Assembly (NCBI GenBank): GCA_051313645.2
Contig: JBNRSN020000166.1
Location: forward strand, 744,001-808,000
Origin: Centroscyllium fabricii
Lineage: Eukaryota
Direction of reading: 5' to 3'
Length of the DNA stretch: 64,000 nt
Both the position numbers and the translations under genes were made by a program. Below, piece by piece: positions 1 to 11,619 of this stretch. The notes beneath the pieces were generated by a model. The model made no database searches, was not told the origin of the DNA, and saw nothing but the letters and a program-made list of their open reading frames with translations. Position 1 is the first letter of the stretch, and the number at the start of each line of letters is the position of its first letter.

Positions 1-3000
1 TCTAATAACTGAAATCAGTGACAGTGTGTCTAATAACAGAATTCAGTGACAGTGTGCCTAATAAATGAAATCAGTGACAGTGTTTCTAATAACAGAAATC
101 AGTGACAGTGTGTCTAATAACTGAAATCAGTGACTGTATGTCTAATAAATGAAATCAGTGACAGTGTGTCTAATAACTGAAATCAGTGACAGTGTGTCCA
201 ATAACTGAAATCAGCGACAGTGTGTCTAATAACTGAAATCAGTGACAGTGATTCTAATAATTGCAATCAGTGACAGTGTTTCTGATAACTGCAATCAGTG
301 ACAGTGTGTCTAATAACTGGTATCAGTGACAGTGTGTCTAATAACTGAAATCAGTGACTGTATGTCTAATAACTGAAATCAGTGACAGTGTGTCTAATAA
401 CTGATATCAGTGACAATGTGTCTAATAACTGAAATCAGTGACAGTGTGTCTAATAAAAAAACTAGTGACAGTGTGTATAATAACAGAAATCAGTGACTGT
501 ATGTCTAATAACTGAAATCAGTGACAGTGTGTCTAATAACTGAAATCAGTGACTGTATGTCTAATAACAGAAATCAGTGACAGTGTGTCTAATAACTGAA
601 ATCAGTGACTGTCTGTCTAATAACTGAAATCAGTGACAGTGTGTCTAATAACTGAAATCAGTGACTGTATGTCTAATAACTGAAATCAGTGACAGTGTGT
701 CTAATAACTGAAATCACTGACAGTGTGTCTAATAACAAAACTAGGGACAGTGTGTCTAATAACTGAAATCAGTGGCAGTGTGTCTAATAACTGAAATCAG
801 TGACTGTATGTCTAATAACTGAAATCTGTGACTGTATGTCTAATAACTGAAATCAGTGACAGTGTGTCTAATAACTGAAATCAGTGACTGTGTGTCTAAT
901 AACTGAAATCAGTGACTGTATGTCTAATAACACAAATCAGTGACAGTGTGTCTAATAACTGAAATCAGTGACTCTCTGTCTAATAACTGAAATCAGTGAC
1001 AGTGTGTCTAATAACTGAAATCAGTGACTTTATGTCTAATAACTGAAATCAGTGACAGTGTGTCTAATAACTGAAATCACTGACAGTGTGTCTAATAACA
1101 AAACTAGGGACAGTGCGTCTAATAACTGAAATCAGTGGCAGTGTGTCTAATAACTGAAATCAGTGACTGTATGTCTAATAACTGAAATCAGTGACTATGT
1201 CTAATAACTGAAATCAATGACAGTGTGTCTAATAACTGAAATCAGTGACAGTCTGTCTAATAACTGAAATCAGTGACTGTATGTCTAATAACTGAAATCA
1301 GTGATTATGTCTAATAACTGAAATCAGTGACATTGTGTCTAATAACGGAAATCATTGACTGTATGTCTAATAACTGAAATCAGTGACTGTATGTCTAATA
1401 ACTGAAATCAGTGACAGTGTGTCTAATAACTGAAATCAGTGACTGTATGTCTAATAATTGAAATCAGTGACAGTGTGTCTAATAACTGAAATCAGTGACA
1501 GTGTGTCTAATTACAAAACTAGGGACAGTGTGTCTAATAACTGAAATCAGTGACTGTGTGTCTAATAACTGAAATCAGTGACAGTGGGTCTAATAACAGA
1601 AATCAGTGACAGTGTGCCTAATAACTGAAATCAGTGACAGTGGGTCTATTAACAGAAATCAGTGACAGTGTGTCTAATAACTGAAATCAGTGACTGTATG
1701 TCTAATAACTGAAATCAGTGACTGTATGTCTAATAACTGAAATCAGTGACTGTATGTCTAATAACTGAAATCAGTGACAGTGTGTCTAATAACTGAAATC
1801 AGTGACAGTGTGTCTAATAACTGAAATCAGTGACAGTGTGTCTAATAAATGAAATCAGTGACAGTGTGTCCAATAACTGAAATCACTGACAGTGTGTCTA
1901 ATAACAAAACTAGGGACTGTATGTCTAATAACTGAAATCAGTGACAGTGTGTCTAATAACTGAAATCAGTGACTGTCTGTCTAATAACTGAAATCAGTGA
2001 CTGTATGTCTAATAACTGAAATCAGTGATTATGTCTAATAACTGAAATCAGTGACAGTGTGTCTAATAACTGAAATCAGTGAATGTATGTCTAATAACTG
2101 AAATCAGTGACTGTATGTCTAATAACTGAAATCAGATAAGTGTGTCTAATAACAGAAATCAGTGACTGTCTATCTAATAACTGAAATCAGTGACTATGTC
2201 TAATAACTGAAATCAGTGATTATGTCTAATAACTGAAATCAGCGACAGTGTGTCTAATAACTGAAATCAGTGACTGTATGTCTAATAACTGAAATCAGTG
2301 AATGTATGTCTAATAACTGAAATCAGTGACAGTGTGTCTAATAACTGAAATCAGTGACTGCATGTCTAATATCTGAAATCAGTGACAGTGTGTCTAATAA
2401 CTGAAATCAGTGACAGTGTGTCTAATTACAAAACTAGGGACAGTGTGTCTAATAACTGAAATCAGTGTCTGTGTGTCTAATAACTGAAATCAGTGACAGT
2501 GTGTCTAATAACAGAACTCAGTGACAGTGTGCCTAATAAATGAAATCAGTGACAGTGTTTCTAATAACAGAAATCAGTGACAGTGTGTTTAATAACTGAA
2601 ATCAGTGACTGTATGTCTAATAAATGAAATCAGTGACAGTGTGTCTAATAACTGAAATCAGTGTCAGTGTGTCCAATAACTGAAATCAGTGACAGTGTGT
2701 CTAATAACTGAAATCAGTGACAGTGTTTCTAATAATTGCAATCAGTGACAGTGTTTCTGATAACTACAATCAGTGACAGTGTGTCTAATAACTGGTATCA
2801 GTGACAGTGTGTCTAATAACTGAAATCAGTGACTGTATGTCTAATAACTGAAATCAGTGACAGTGTGTCTAATAACTGAAATCAGTGACAGTGTGTCTAA
2901 TAACTGAAATCAGTGACAGTGTGTCTAATAACTGAAATCAGTGACAGTATGTCTAATAACTGAAATGAGTGACTGTATGTCTAATAACTGAAATCAGTGA

Positions 3001-4379
3001 CTGTATGTCTAATAACTGAAATCAGTGACAGTGTGTCTAATAACTGAAATCAGTGACAATGTGTCTAATAACTGAAATCAGTGACAGTGTGTCTAGTAAC
3101 AAAACTAGTGACAGTGTGTCTAATAACAGAAATCAGTGACAGTGTGTCTAATAACTGAAATCAGTGACATTGTGTCTAATAACTGAAATCAGTGACTGTA
3201 TGTCTAATAACTTAATCAGTGGACTGTATGTCTAATAACTGAAATCAGTGATTATGTCTAATAACTGAAATCAGTGACTGTATGTCTAATAACTGAAATC
3301 AGTGACTGTATGTCTAATAATTGAAATCAGTGACTGTATGTCTAATAACTGAAATCAGTGACTGTGTGTCTAATAACCAAACTAGTGACAGTGTGTCTAA
3401 TAACAGAAATCAGTGAAAGTGTGTCTTATAAAAGAAATCAGTGACTGTATGTCTAATAACTGAAATCAGTGACTGTATGTCTAATAACTGAAATCAGTGA
3501 CAGTGTGTCTAATAACGGAAATCAGTGACTGTCTGTCTAATAACTGAAATCAGTGACTGTATGTCTAATAACTGAAATCAGTGATTATGACTAATAAATG
3601 AAATCAGTGACAGTGTGTCTAATAACTGAAATCAGTGACTGTATGTCTAATAACTGAAATCAGTGACTGTATGTCTAATAACTGAAATCAGTGACAGTGT
3701 GTCTAATAACTGAAATCAGTGACTATGTCTAATAAATGAAATCAGTGATTATGTCTAATAAATAAAATCAGTGACAGTGTGTCTAATAACTGAAATCAGT
3801 GACTGTATGTCTAATAACTGAAATCAGTGACTGTATGTCTAATAACTGAAATCAGTGACTGTCTGTCTAATAACTGAAATCAGTGACTATGTCTAATAAA
3901 TGAAATCAGTGATTATGTCTAATAAATAAAATCAGTGACAGTGTGTCTAATAACTGAAATCAGTGACTGTATGTCTAATAACTGAAATCAGTGACTGTAT
4001 GTCTAATAACTGAAATCAGTGACAGTGTGTCTAATAACTGAAATCAGTGACTGTATGTCTAATAACTGAAATCAGTGACAGTGTGTCTAATAGCTGAAAT
4101 CAGTGACAGTGTGTCTAATTACAAAACTAGGGACAGTGTGTCTAATAATTGAAATCAGTGACTGTGTGTCTAATAACTGAAGTCAGTGACAGTGTGTCTA
4201 ATAACAGAATTCAGTGACAGTGTGCCTAATAAATGAAATCAGTGACAGTGTTTCTAATAACAGAAATCAGTGACAGTGTGTCTAATAACTGAAATCAGTG
4301 ACTATGTCTAATAACTGAAATCAGTGACAGTGTGTCTAATAACTGAAATCAGTGACAGTGTGTCCAATAACTGAAATCA

Positions 4380-7300
4380 GTGACATTGTGTCTAATAACT
4401 GAAATCAGTGACAGTGTGTCTAATAATTGCAATCAGTGACAGTGTGTCTGATAACTGCAATCAGTGACAGTGTGTCTAATAACTGGTATCAGTGACAGTG
4501 TGTCTAATAACTGTAATCAGTGACAGTGTGTCTAATAACTGAAATCAGTGACTGTATGTCTAATAACTGAAATCAGTGACATTGTGTCTAATAACTGAAA
4601 TCAGTGACAGTGTGTCTAATAACTGAAATCAGTGACAGTGGGTCTAATAACTGAAATCAGTGACAGTATGTCTAATAACTGAAATCAGTGACTGTATGTC
4701 TAATAACTGAAATCTGTGACTGTATGTCTAATAAATGAAATCAGTGACAGTGTCTCTAATAACTGAAATCAGTGACAATGTGTCTAATAACTGAAATCAG
4801 TGACAGTGTGTCTAGTAACAAAACTAGTGACAGTGTATCTAATATCAGAAATCAGTGACAGTGTGTCTAATAATTGAAATCAGTGACAGTGCGTCTAATA
4901 ACTGAAATCAGTGACTGTATGTCTAATAACTGAAATCAGTGACAGTGTGTCTAATAACAGAACTAGTGACAGTGTGTATAATAACAGAAATCAGTGACTG
5001 TATGTCTAATAACTGAAATCAGTGACTGTGTGTCTAATAACAGAAATCAGTGACAGTGTGTCTAATAACTGAAATCAGTGACAGTGTGTCTAATCACTGA
5101 AATCAGTGACAGTGTGTCTAATTACAAAACTAGGGACAGTGTGTCTAATAAATGAAATCAGTGACTGTGTGTCTAATAACTGAAATCAGTGACTGTATGT
5201 CTAATAACAGAAATCAGTGACAGTGTGTCTAATAACTGAAATCAGTGACAGTGAGTCCAATAACTGAAATCAGTGACAGTGTGTCTAATAACTGAAATCA
5301 GTGACAGTGTGTCTAATAATTGCAATCAGTGACAGTGTGTCTGATAACTGCAATCAGTGACAGTGTGTCTAATAACTGGTATCAGTGACAGTGTGTCTAA
5401 TAACTGAAATCAGTGACAGTGTGTCTAATAACTGAAATCTGTGACAGTATGTCTAATAACTGAAATCAGTGACTGTATGTCTAATAATTGAAATCAGTGA
5501 CAGTGTGTATAATAACTGAAATCAGTGACAGTGTGTCTAATAACTGAAATCTGTGACAGTGTTTCTAATAACTGAAATCAGTGACAGTATGTCTAATAAC
5601 TGAAATCAGTGACTGTATGTCTAATAACTGAAATCAGTGACTGTATGTCTAATAACTGAAATCAGTGACAGTGTGTCTAATAACTGAAATCATTGACAAT
5701 GTATCTAATAACTGAAATCAGTTACAGTGTGTCTAGTAACAAAACTAGTGACAGTGTGTATAATAACAGAAATCAGTGACAGTGTGTCTAATAACTGAAA
5801 TCAGTGACAGTGTGTCCAATAAGTGAAATCAGTGACTGTATGTCTAATAACTGAAATCAGTGACAGTGTGTCTAATAGCAAAACTAGTGACAGTGTTTAT
5901 AATAACAGAAATCAGTGACTTTATGTCTAATAACTGAAATCAGTGACAGTGTGTCTAATAACAGAAATCAGTGACAGTGTGTCTAATAACTGAAATCAGT
6001 GACAGTGTGTCTAATCACTGAAATCAGTGACAGTGTGTCTAATTACAAAACTAGGGACAGTGTGTCTAATAACTGAAATCAGTGACTGTGTGTATAATAA
6101 CTGAAATCAGTGACTGTATGTCTAATAACAGAAATCAGTGACAGTGTGTCTAATAACTGAAATCAGTTGCTGTCTGTCTAATAACTGAAATCAGTGACAG
6201 TGTGTCTAATAACTGAAATCAGTGACTGTATGTCTAATAACTGAAATCAGTGACAGTGTGTCTAATAACTGAAATCACTGACAGTGTGTCTAATAAAAAA
6301 ACTAGGGACAGAGTGTCTAATAACTGAAATCAGTGACAGTGTGTCTAATAGCTGAAATCAGTGACTGTATGTCTAATAACTGAAATCAGTGACTGTATGT
6401 CTAATAACTGAAATCAGTGACAGTGTGTCTAATAACTGAAATCAGTGACTGTCTGTCTAATAACTGAATCAGTGGACTGTATGTCTAATAACTGAAATCA
6501 GTGATTATGTCTAATAACTGAAATCAGTGACAGTGTGTCTAATAACTGAAATCAGTGACTGTATGTCTAATAACTGAAATCAGTGACTGTATGTCTAATA
6601 ACTGAAATCAGTGACTGTGTGTCTAATAACCAAACTAGTGACAGTGTGTCTAATAACAGAAATCAGTGACAGTGTGCCTTAAAACAGAAATCAGTGACTG
6701 AATGTCTAATAACTGAAATCAGTGACTGTCTGTCTAATAACTGAAATCAGTGACTGTATGTGTAATAACTGAAATCAGTGACAGTGTGTCTAATAACTGA
6801 AATCAGTGACTGTCTGTCTAATAACTGAAATCAGTGACTGTATGTCTAATAACTGAAATCAGTGATTATGTCTAATAACTGAAATCAGTGACAGTGTGTC
6901 TAATAACTGAAATCAGTGACTGTATGTCTAATAACTGAAATCAGTTACTGTATGTCTAATAACTGAAATCAGTGACAGTGTGTCTAATAACTGAAATCAG
7001 TGACTGTCTGCCTAATAACTGAAATCAGTGACTATGTCTAATAACTGAAATCAGTGATTAGGTCTAATAACTGAAATCGGTGACAGTGTGTCTAATAACT
7101 GAAATCAGTGATAGTGTGTCTAATAACTGAAATCAGTGACATTGTGTCTAATAACTGAAATCAGTGACAGTGTGTCTAATAATTGCAATCACTGACAGTG
7201 TGTCTGATAACTGCAATCAGTGACAGTGTGTCTAATAACTGGTATCAGTGACAGTGTGTCTAATAACTGAAATCAGTGACAGTGTTTCTAATAACTGAAA

Positions 7301-9832
7301 TCAATGACTGTATGTCTAATAACTGAAATCAGTGACATTGTGTCTAACAACTGAAATCAGTGACAGTGTTTCTAATAACTGAAATCAGTGACAGTGTGTC
7401 TAATAACTGAAATCATTGACAGTATGTCTAATAACTGAAATCAGTGACTGTATGTCTAATAACTGAAATCTGTGACTGTATGTCTAATAAATGAAATCAG
7501 TGACAGTGTGTCTAATAACTGAAATCAGTGACAATGTGTCTAATAACTGAAATCAGTGACAGTGTGTCTAGTAACAAAACTAGTGACAGTGTATCTAATA
7601 TCAGAAATCAGTGACAGTGTGTCTAATAATTGAAATCAGTGGCAGTATGTCTAATAACTGAAATCAGTGACTGTATGTCTAATAACTGAAATCAGTGACA
7701 GTGTGTCTAATAACAAAACTAGTGACAGTGTGTATAATAACAGAAATCAGTGACTGTATGTCCAATAACTGAAATCAGTGACTGTGTGTCTAATAACAGA
7801 AATCAGTGACAGTGTGTCTAATAACTGAAATCAGTGACAGTGTGTCTAATCACTGAAATCAGTGACAGTGTGTCTAATTACAAAACTAGGGACAGTGTGT
7901 CTAATAAATGAAATCAGTGACTGTGTGTCTAATAACTGAAATCAGTGACTGTATGTCTAATAACAGAAATCAGTGACAGTGTGTCTAATAACTGAAATCA
8001 GTGACAGTGAGTCCAATAACTGAAATCAGTGACAGTGTGTCTAATAACTGAAATCAGTGACAGTGTGTCTAATAATTGCAATCAGTGACAGTGTGTCTGA
8101 TAACTGCAATCAGTCACAGTGTGTCTAATAACTGGTATCAGTGACAGTGTGTCTAATAACTGAAATCAGTGACAGTGTGTCTAATAACTGAAATCTGTGA
8201 CAGTATGTCTAATAACTGAAATCAGTGACTGTATGTCTAATAACTGAAATCAGTGACAGTGTGTCTAATAACTGAAATCAGTGACAGTGTGTCTAATAAC
8301 TGAAATCAGTGACAGTGTTTCTAATAACTGAAATCAGTGACAGTATGTCTAATAACTGAAATCAGTGACTGTATGTCTAATAACTGAAATCAGTGACTGT
8401 ATGTCTAATAACTGAAATCAGTGACAGTGTGTCTAATAACTGAAGTCATTGACAATGTGTCTAATAACTGAAATCAGTTACAGTGTGTCTAGTAACAAAA
8501 CTAGTGACAGTGTGTATAATAACAGAAATCAGTGACAGTGTGTCTAATAACTGAAATCAGTGACAGTGTGTCCAATAAGTGAAATCAGTGACTGTATGTC
8601 TAATAACTGAAATCAGTGACAGTGTGTCTAATAGCAAAACTAGTGACAGTGTTTATAATAACAGAAATCAGTGACTTTATGTCTAATAACTGAAATCAGT
8701 GACAGTGTGTCTAATAACAGAAATCAGTGACAGTGTGTCTAATAACTGAAATCAGTGACAGTGTGTCTAATCACTGAAATCAGTGACAGTGTGTCTAATT
8801 ACAAAACTAGGGACAGTGTGTCTAATAACTGAAATCAGTGACTGTGTGTATAATAACTGAAATCAGTGACTGTATGTCTAATAACAGAAATCAGTGACAG
8901 TGTGTCTAATAAATGAAATCAGTGACTGTCTGTCTAATAACTGAAATCAGTGACAGTGTGTCTAATAACTGAAATCAGTGACTGTATGTCTAATAACTGA
9001 AATCAGTGACAGTGTGTCTAATAACTGAAATCACTGACAGTGTGTCTAATAAAAAAACTAGGGACAGAGTGTCTAATAACTGAAATCAGTGACAGTGTGT
9101 CTAATAACTGAAATCAGTGACTGTATGTCTAATAACTGAAATCAGTGACTGTATGTCTAATAACTGAAATCAGTGACAGTGTGTCTAATAACTGAAATCA
9201 GTGACTGTCTGTCTAATAACTGAATCAGTGGACTGTATGTCTAATAACTGAAATCAGTGATTATGTCTAATAACTGAAATCAGTGACAGTGTGTCTAATA
9301 ACTGAAATCAGTGACTGTATGTCTAATAACTGAAATCAGTGACTGTATGTCTAATAACTGAAATCAGTGACTGTGTGTCTAATAACCAAACTAGTGACAG
9401 TGTGTCTAATAACAGAAATCAGTGACAGTGTGTCTTATAACAGAAATCAGTGACTGTATGTCTAATAACTGAAATCATTGACTGTCTGTCTAATAAATGA
9501 AATCAGTGACTGTATGTCTAATAACTGAAATCAGTGACAGTGTGTCTAATAACTGAAATCAGTGACTGTCTGTCTAATAACTGAAATCAGTGACTGTATG
9601 TCTAATAACTGAAATCAGTGATTATGTCTAATAACTGAAATCAGTGACAGTGTGTCTAATAACTGAAATCAGTGACTGTATGTCTAATAACTGAAATCAG
9701 TTACTGTATGTCTAATAATTGAAATCAGTGACAGTGTGTCTAATAACTGAAATCAGTGACTGTCTGCCTAATAACTGAAATCAGTGACTATGTCTAATAA
9801 CTGAAATCAGTGATTAGGTCTAATAACTGAAA
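4380..9832 (+). repeat. Tandem block duplication, period 2756 bp (about 99 monomers), moderately diverged
   Basis: Rare markers recur at +2756: gtgAgtcc (A at 5254/8010), aaGtgaaat (5821/8577), aaaaaactagggacagAgt (6301/9057), gattaGGtc (7061/9817). Several single-base differences separate the copies. Boundaries are approximate. Confidence 0.85.
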
Positions 9833-11619
9833 TCAGTGACAGTGTGTCTAATAACTGAAATCAGTGACTGTATGTCTAATAACTGAAATCAGTGACTGTA
9901 TGTCTAATAACTGAAATCAGTGATAGAATGTCTAATAACTGAAATCAGTGACTGTATGTCTAATAACTGAAATCAGTGACAGTGTGTCTAATAACTGAAA
10001 TCAGTGACAGTGTGTCTAATTACAAAACTAGGGACAGTGTGTCTAATAACTGAAATCAGTGACTGTGTGTCTAATAACTGAAATCAGTGACAGTGTGCCT
10101 AATAACAGAATTCAGTGACAGTGTGCCTAATAAATGAAATCAGTGACAGTGTTTCTAATAACAGAAATCAGTGACAGTGTGTCTAATAACTGAAATCAGT
10201 GACTGTATGTCTAATAATTGAAATCAGTGACAGTGTGTCTAATAACTGAAATCAGTGACAGTGTGTCCAATAACTAAAATCAGTGACATTGTGTCTAAAT
10301 ACTGAAATCAGTGACAGTGTGTCTAATAATTGCAATCAGTGACAGTGTGTCTGATAACTGCAATCAGTGACATTGTGTCAAATAACTGGTATCAGTGACA
10401 GTGTGTCTAATAACTGAAATCAGTGACAGTGTGTCTAATAACTGAAATCAGTGACTGTATGTCTAATAACTGAAATCAGTGACAGTGTGACTAATAACTG
10501 AAATCAGTGACAGTGTGTCTAATAACTGAAATCAGTGACAGTGTGTCTAATAACTGAAATCAGTGACAGTATGTCTAATAACTGAAATCAGTGACTGTAT
10601 GTCTAATAACTGAAATCAGTGACTGTATGTCTAATAACTGAAATCAGTGACAGTGTGTCTAATAACTGAAATCAGTGACAATGTGTCTAATAACTGAAAT
10701 CAGTGACAGTGAGTCTAGTTACAAAACTATTGACAGTGTGTCTAATAACAGAAATCAGTGACAGTGTGTCTAATTACTGAAATCAGTGACAGTGTGTCTA
10801 ATAACTGAAATCAGTGACTGTATGTCTAATAACTGAAATCAGTGACAGTGTGTCTAATAACAAAACTAGTGACAGTGTGTATAATAACAGAAATCAGTGA
10901 CAGTGTGTCTAATAACTGAAATCTGTGTCAGTATGTCTAATAACTGAAATCGGCGACACTGTGTCTAATAACTGAAATCAGTGACAGTGTGTCTAATAAC
11001 TGAAATCAGTGACAGTGTGTCTATTAACTGAAATCAGTGACAGTATGTCTAATAACTAAAATCAGTGACTGTATGTCTAATAACTGAAATCAGTGACAGT
11101 GTGACTAATAACTGAAATCAGTGACAATGTGTCTAATAACTGAAATCAGTGACAGTGTGTCTAGTAACAAAACTAGTGATAGTGTGTATAATAACAGAAA
11201 TCAGTGACAGTGTGTCTAATAACTGAAATCAGTGACAGTGTGTCTAATAACTGAAATCAGTGACTGTATGTCTAATAACTGAAATCAGTGACAGTGTGTC
11301 TAATAACAAAACTAGTGACAGTGTTTATAATAACAGAAATCAGTGACTGTATGTCTAGTAACTGAAATCAGTGACAGTGTGTCTAATAACTGAAATCAGT
11401 GACAGTGTGTCTAATAACTGAAATCAGTGACAATGGGTCTAATCACTGAAATCATTGACAGTGTGTCTAATTACAAAACTAGGGACAGTGTGTCTAATAA
11501 CTGAAATCAGTGACTGTGTGTCTAATAACTGAAATTAGTGACTGTATGTCTAATAACAGAAATCAGTGACAGTGTGTCTAATAACTGAAATCAGTTACTG
11601 TCTGTCTAATAACTGAAAT

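Noticed and set aside
20-30. Array of restriction sites (AhdI GACN5GTC in most monomers; Tth111I GACN3GTC in 26-bp units) as a restriction-modification decoy or plasmid iteron/parS array
   Set aside because: The matches follow from the GAC/GTC dyad and are useful only as an experimental handle. There is no prokaryotic context, and iteron or parS arrays are orders of magnitude shorter.
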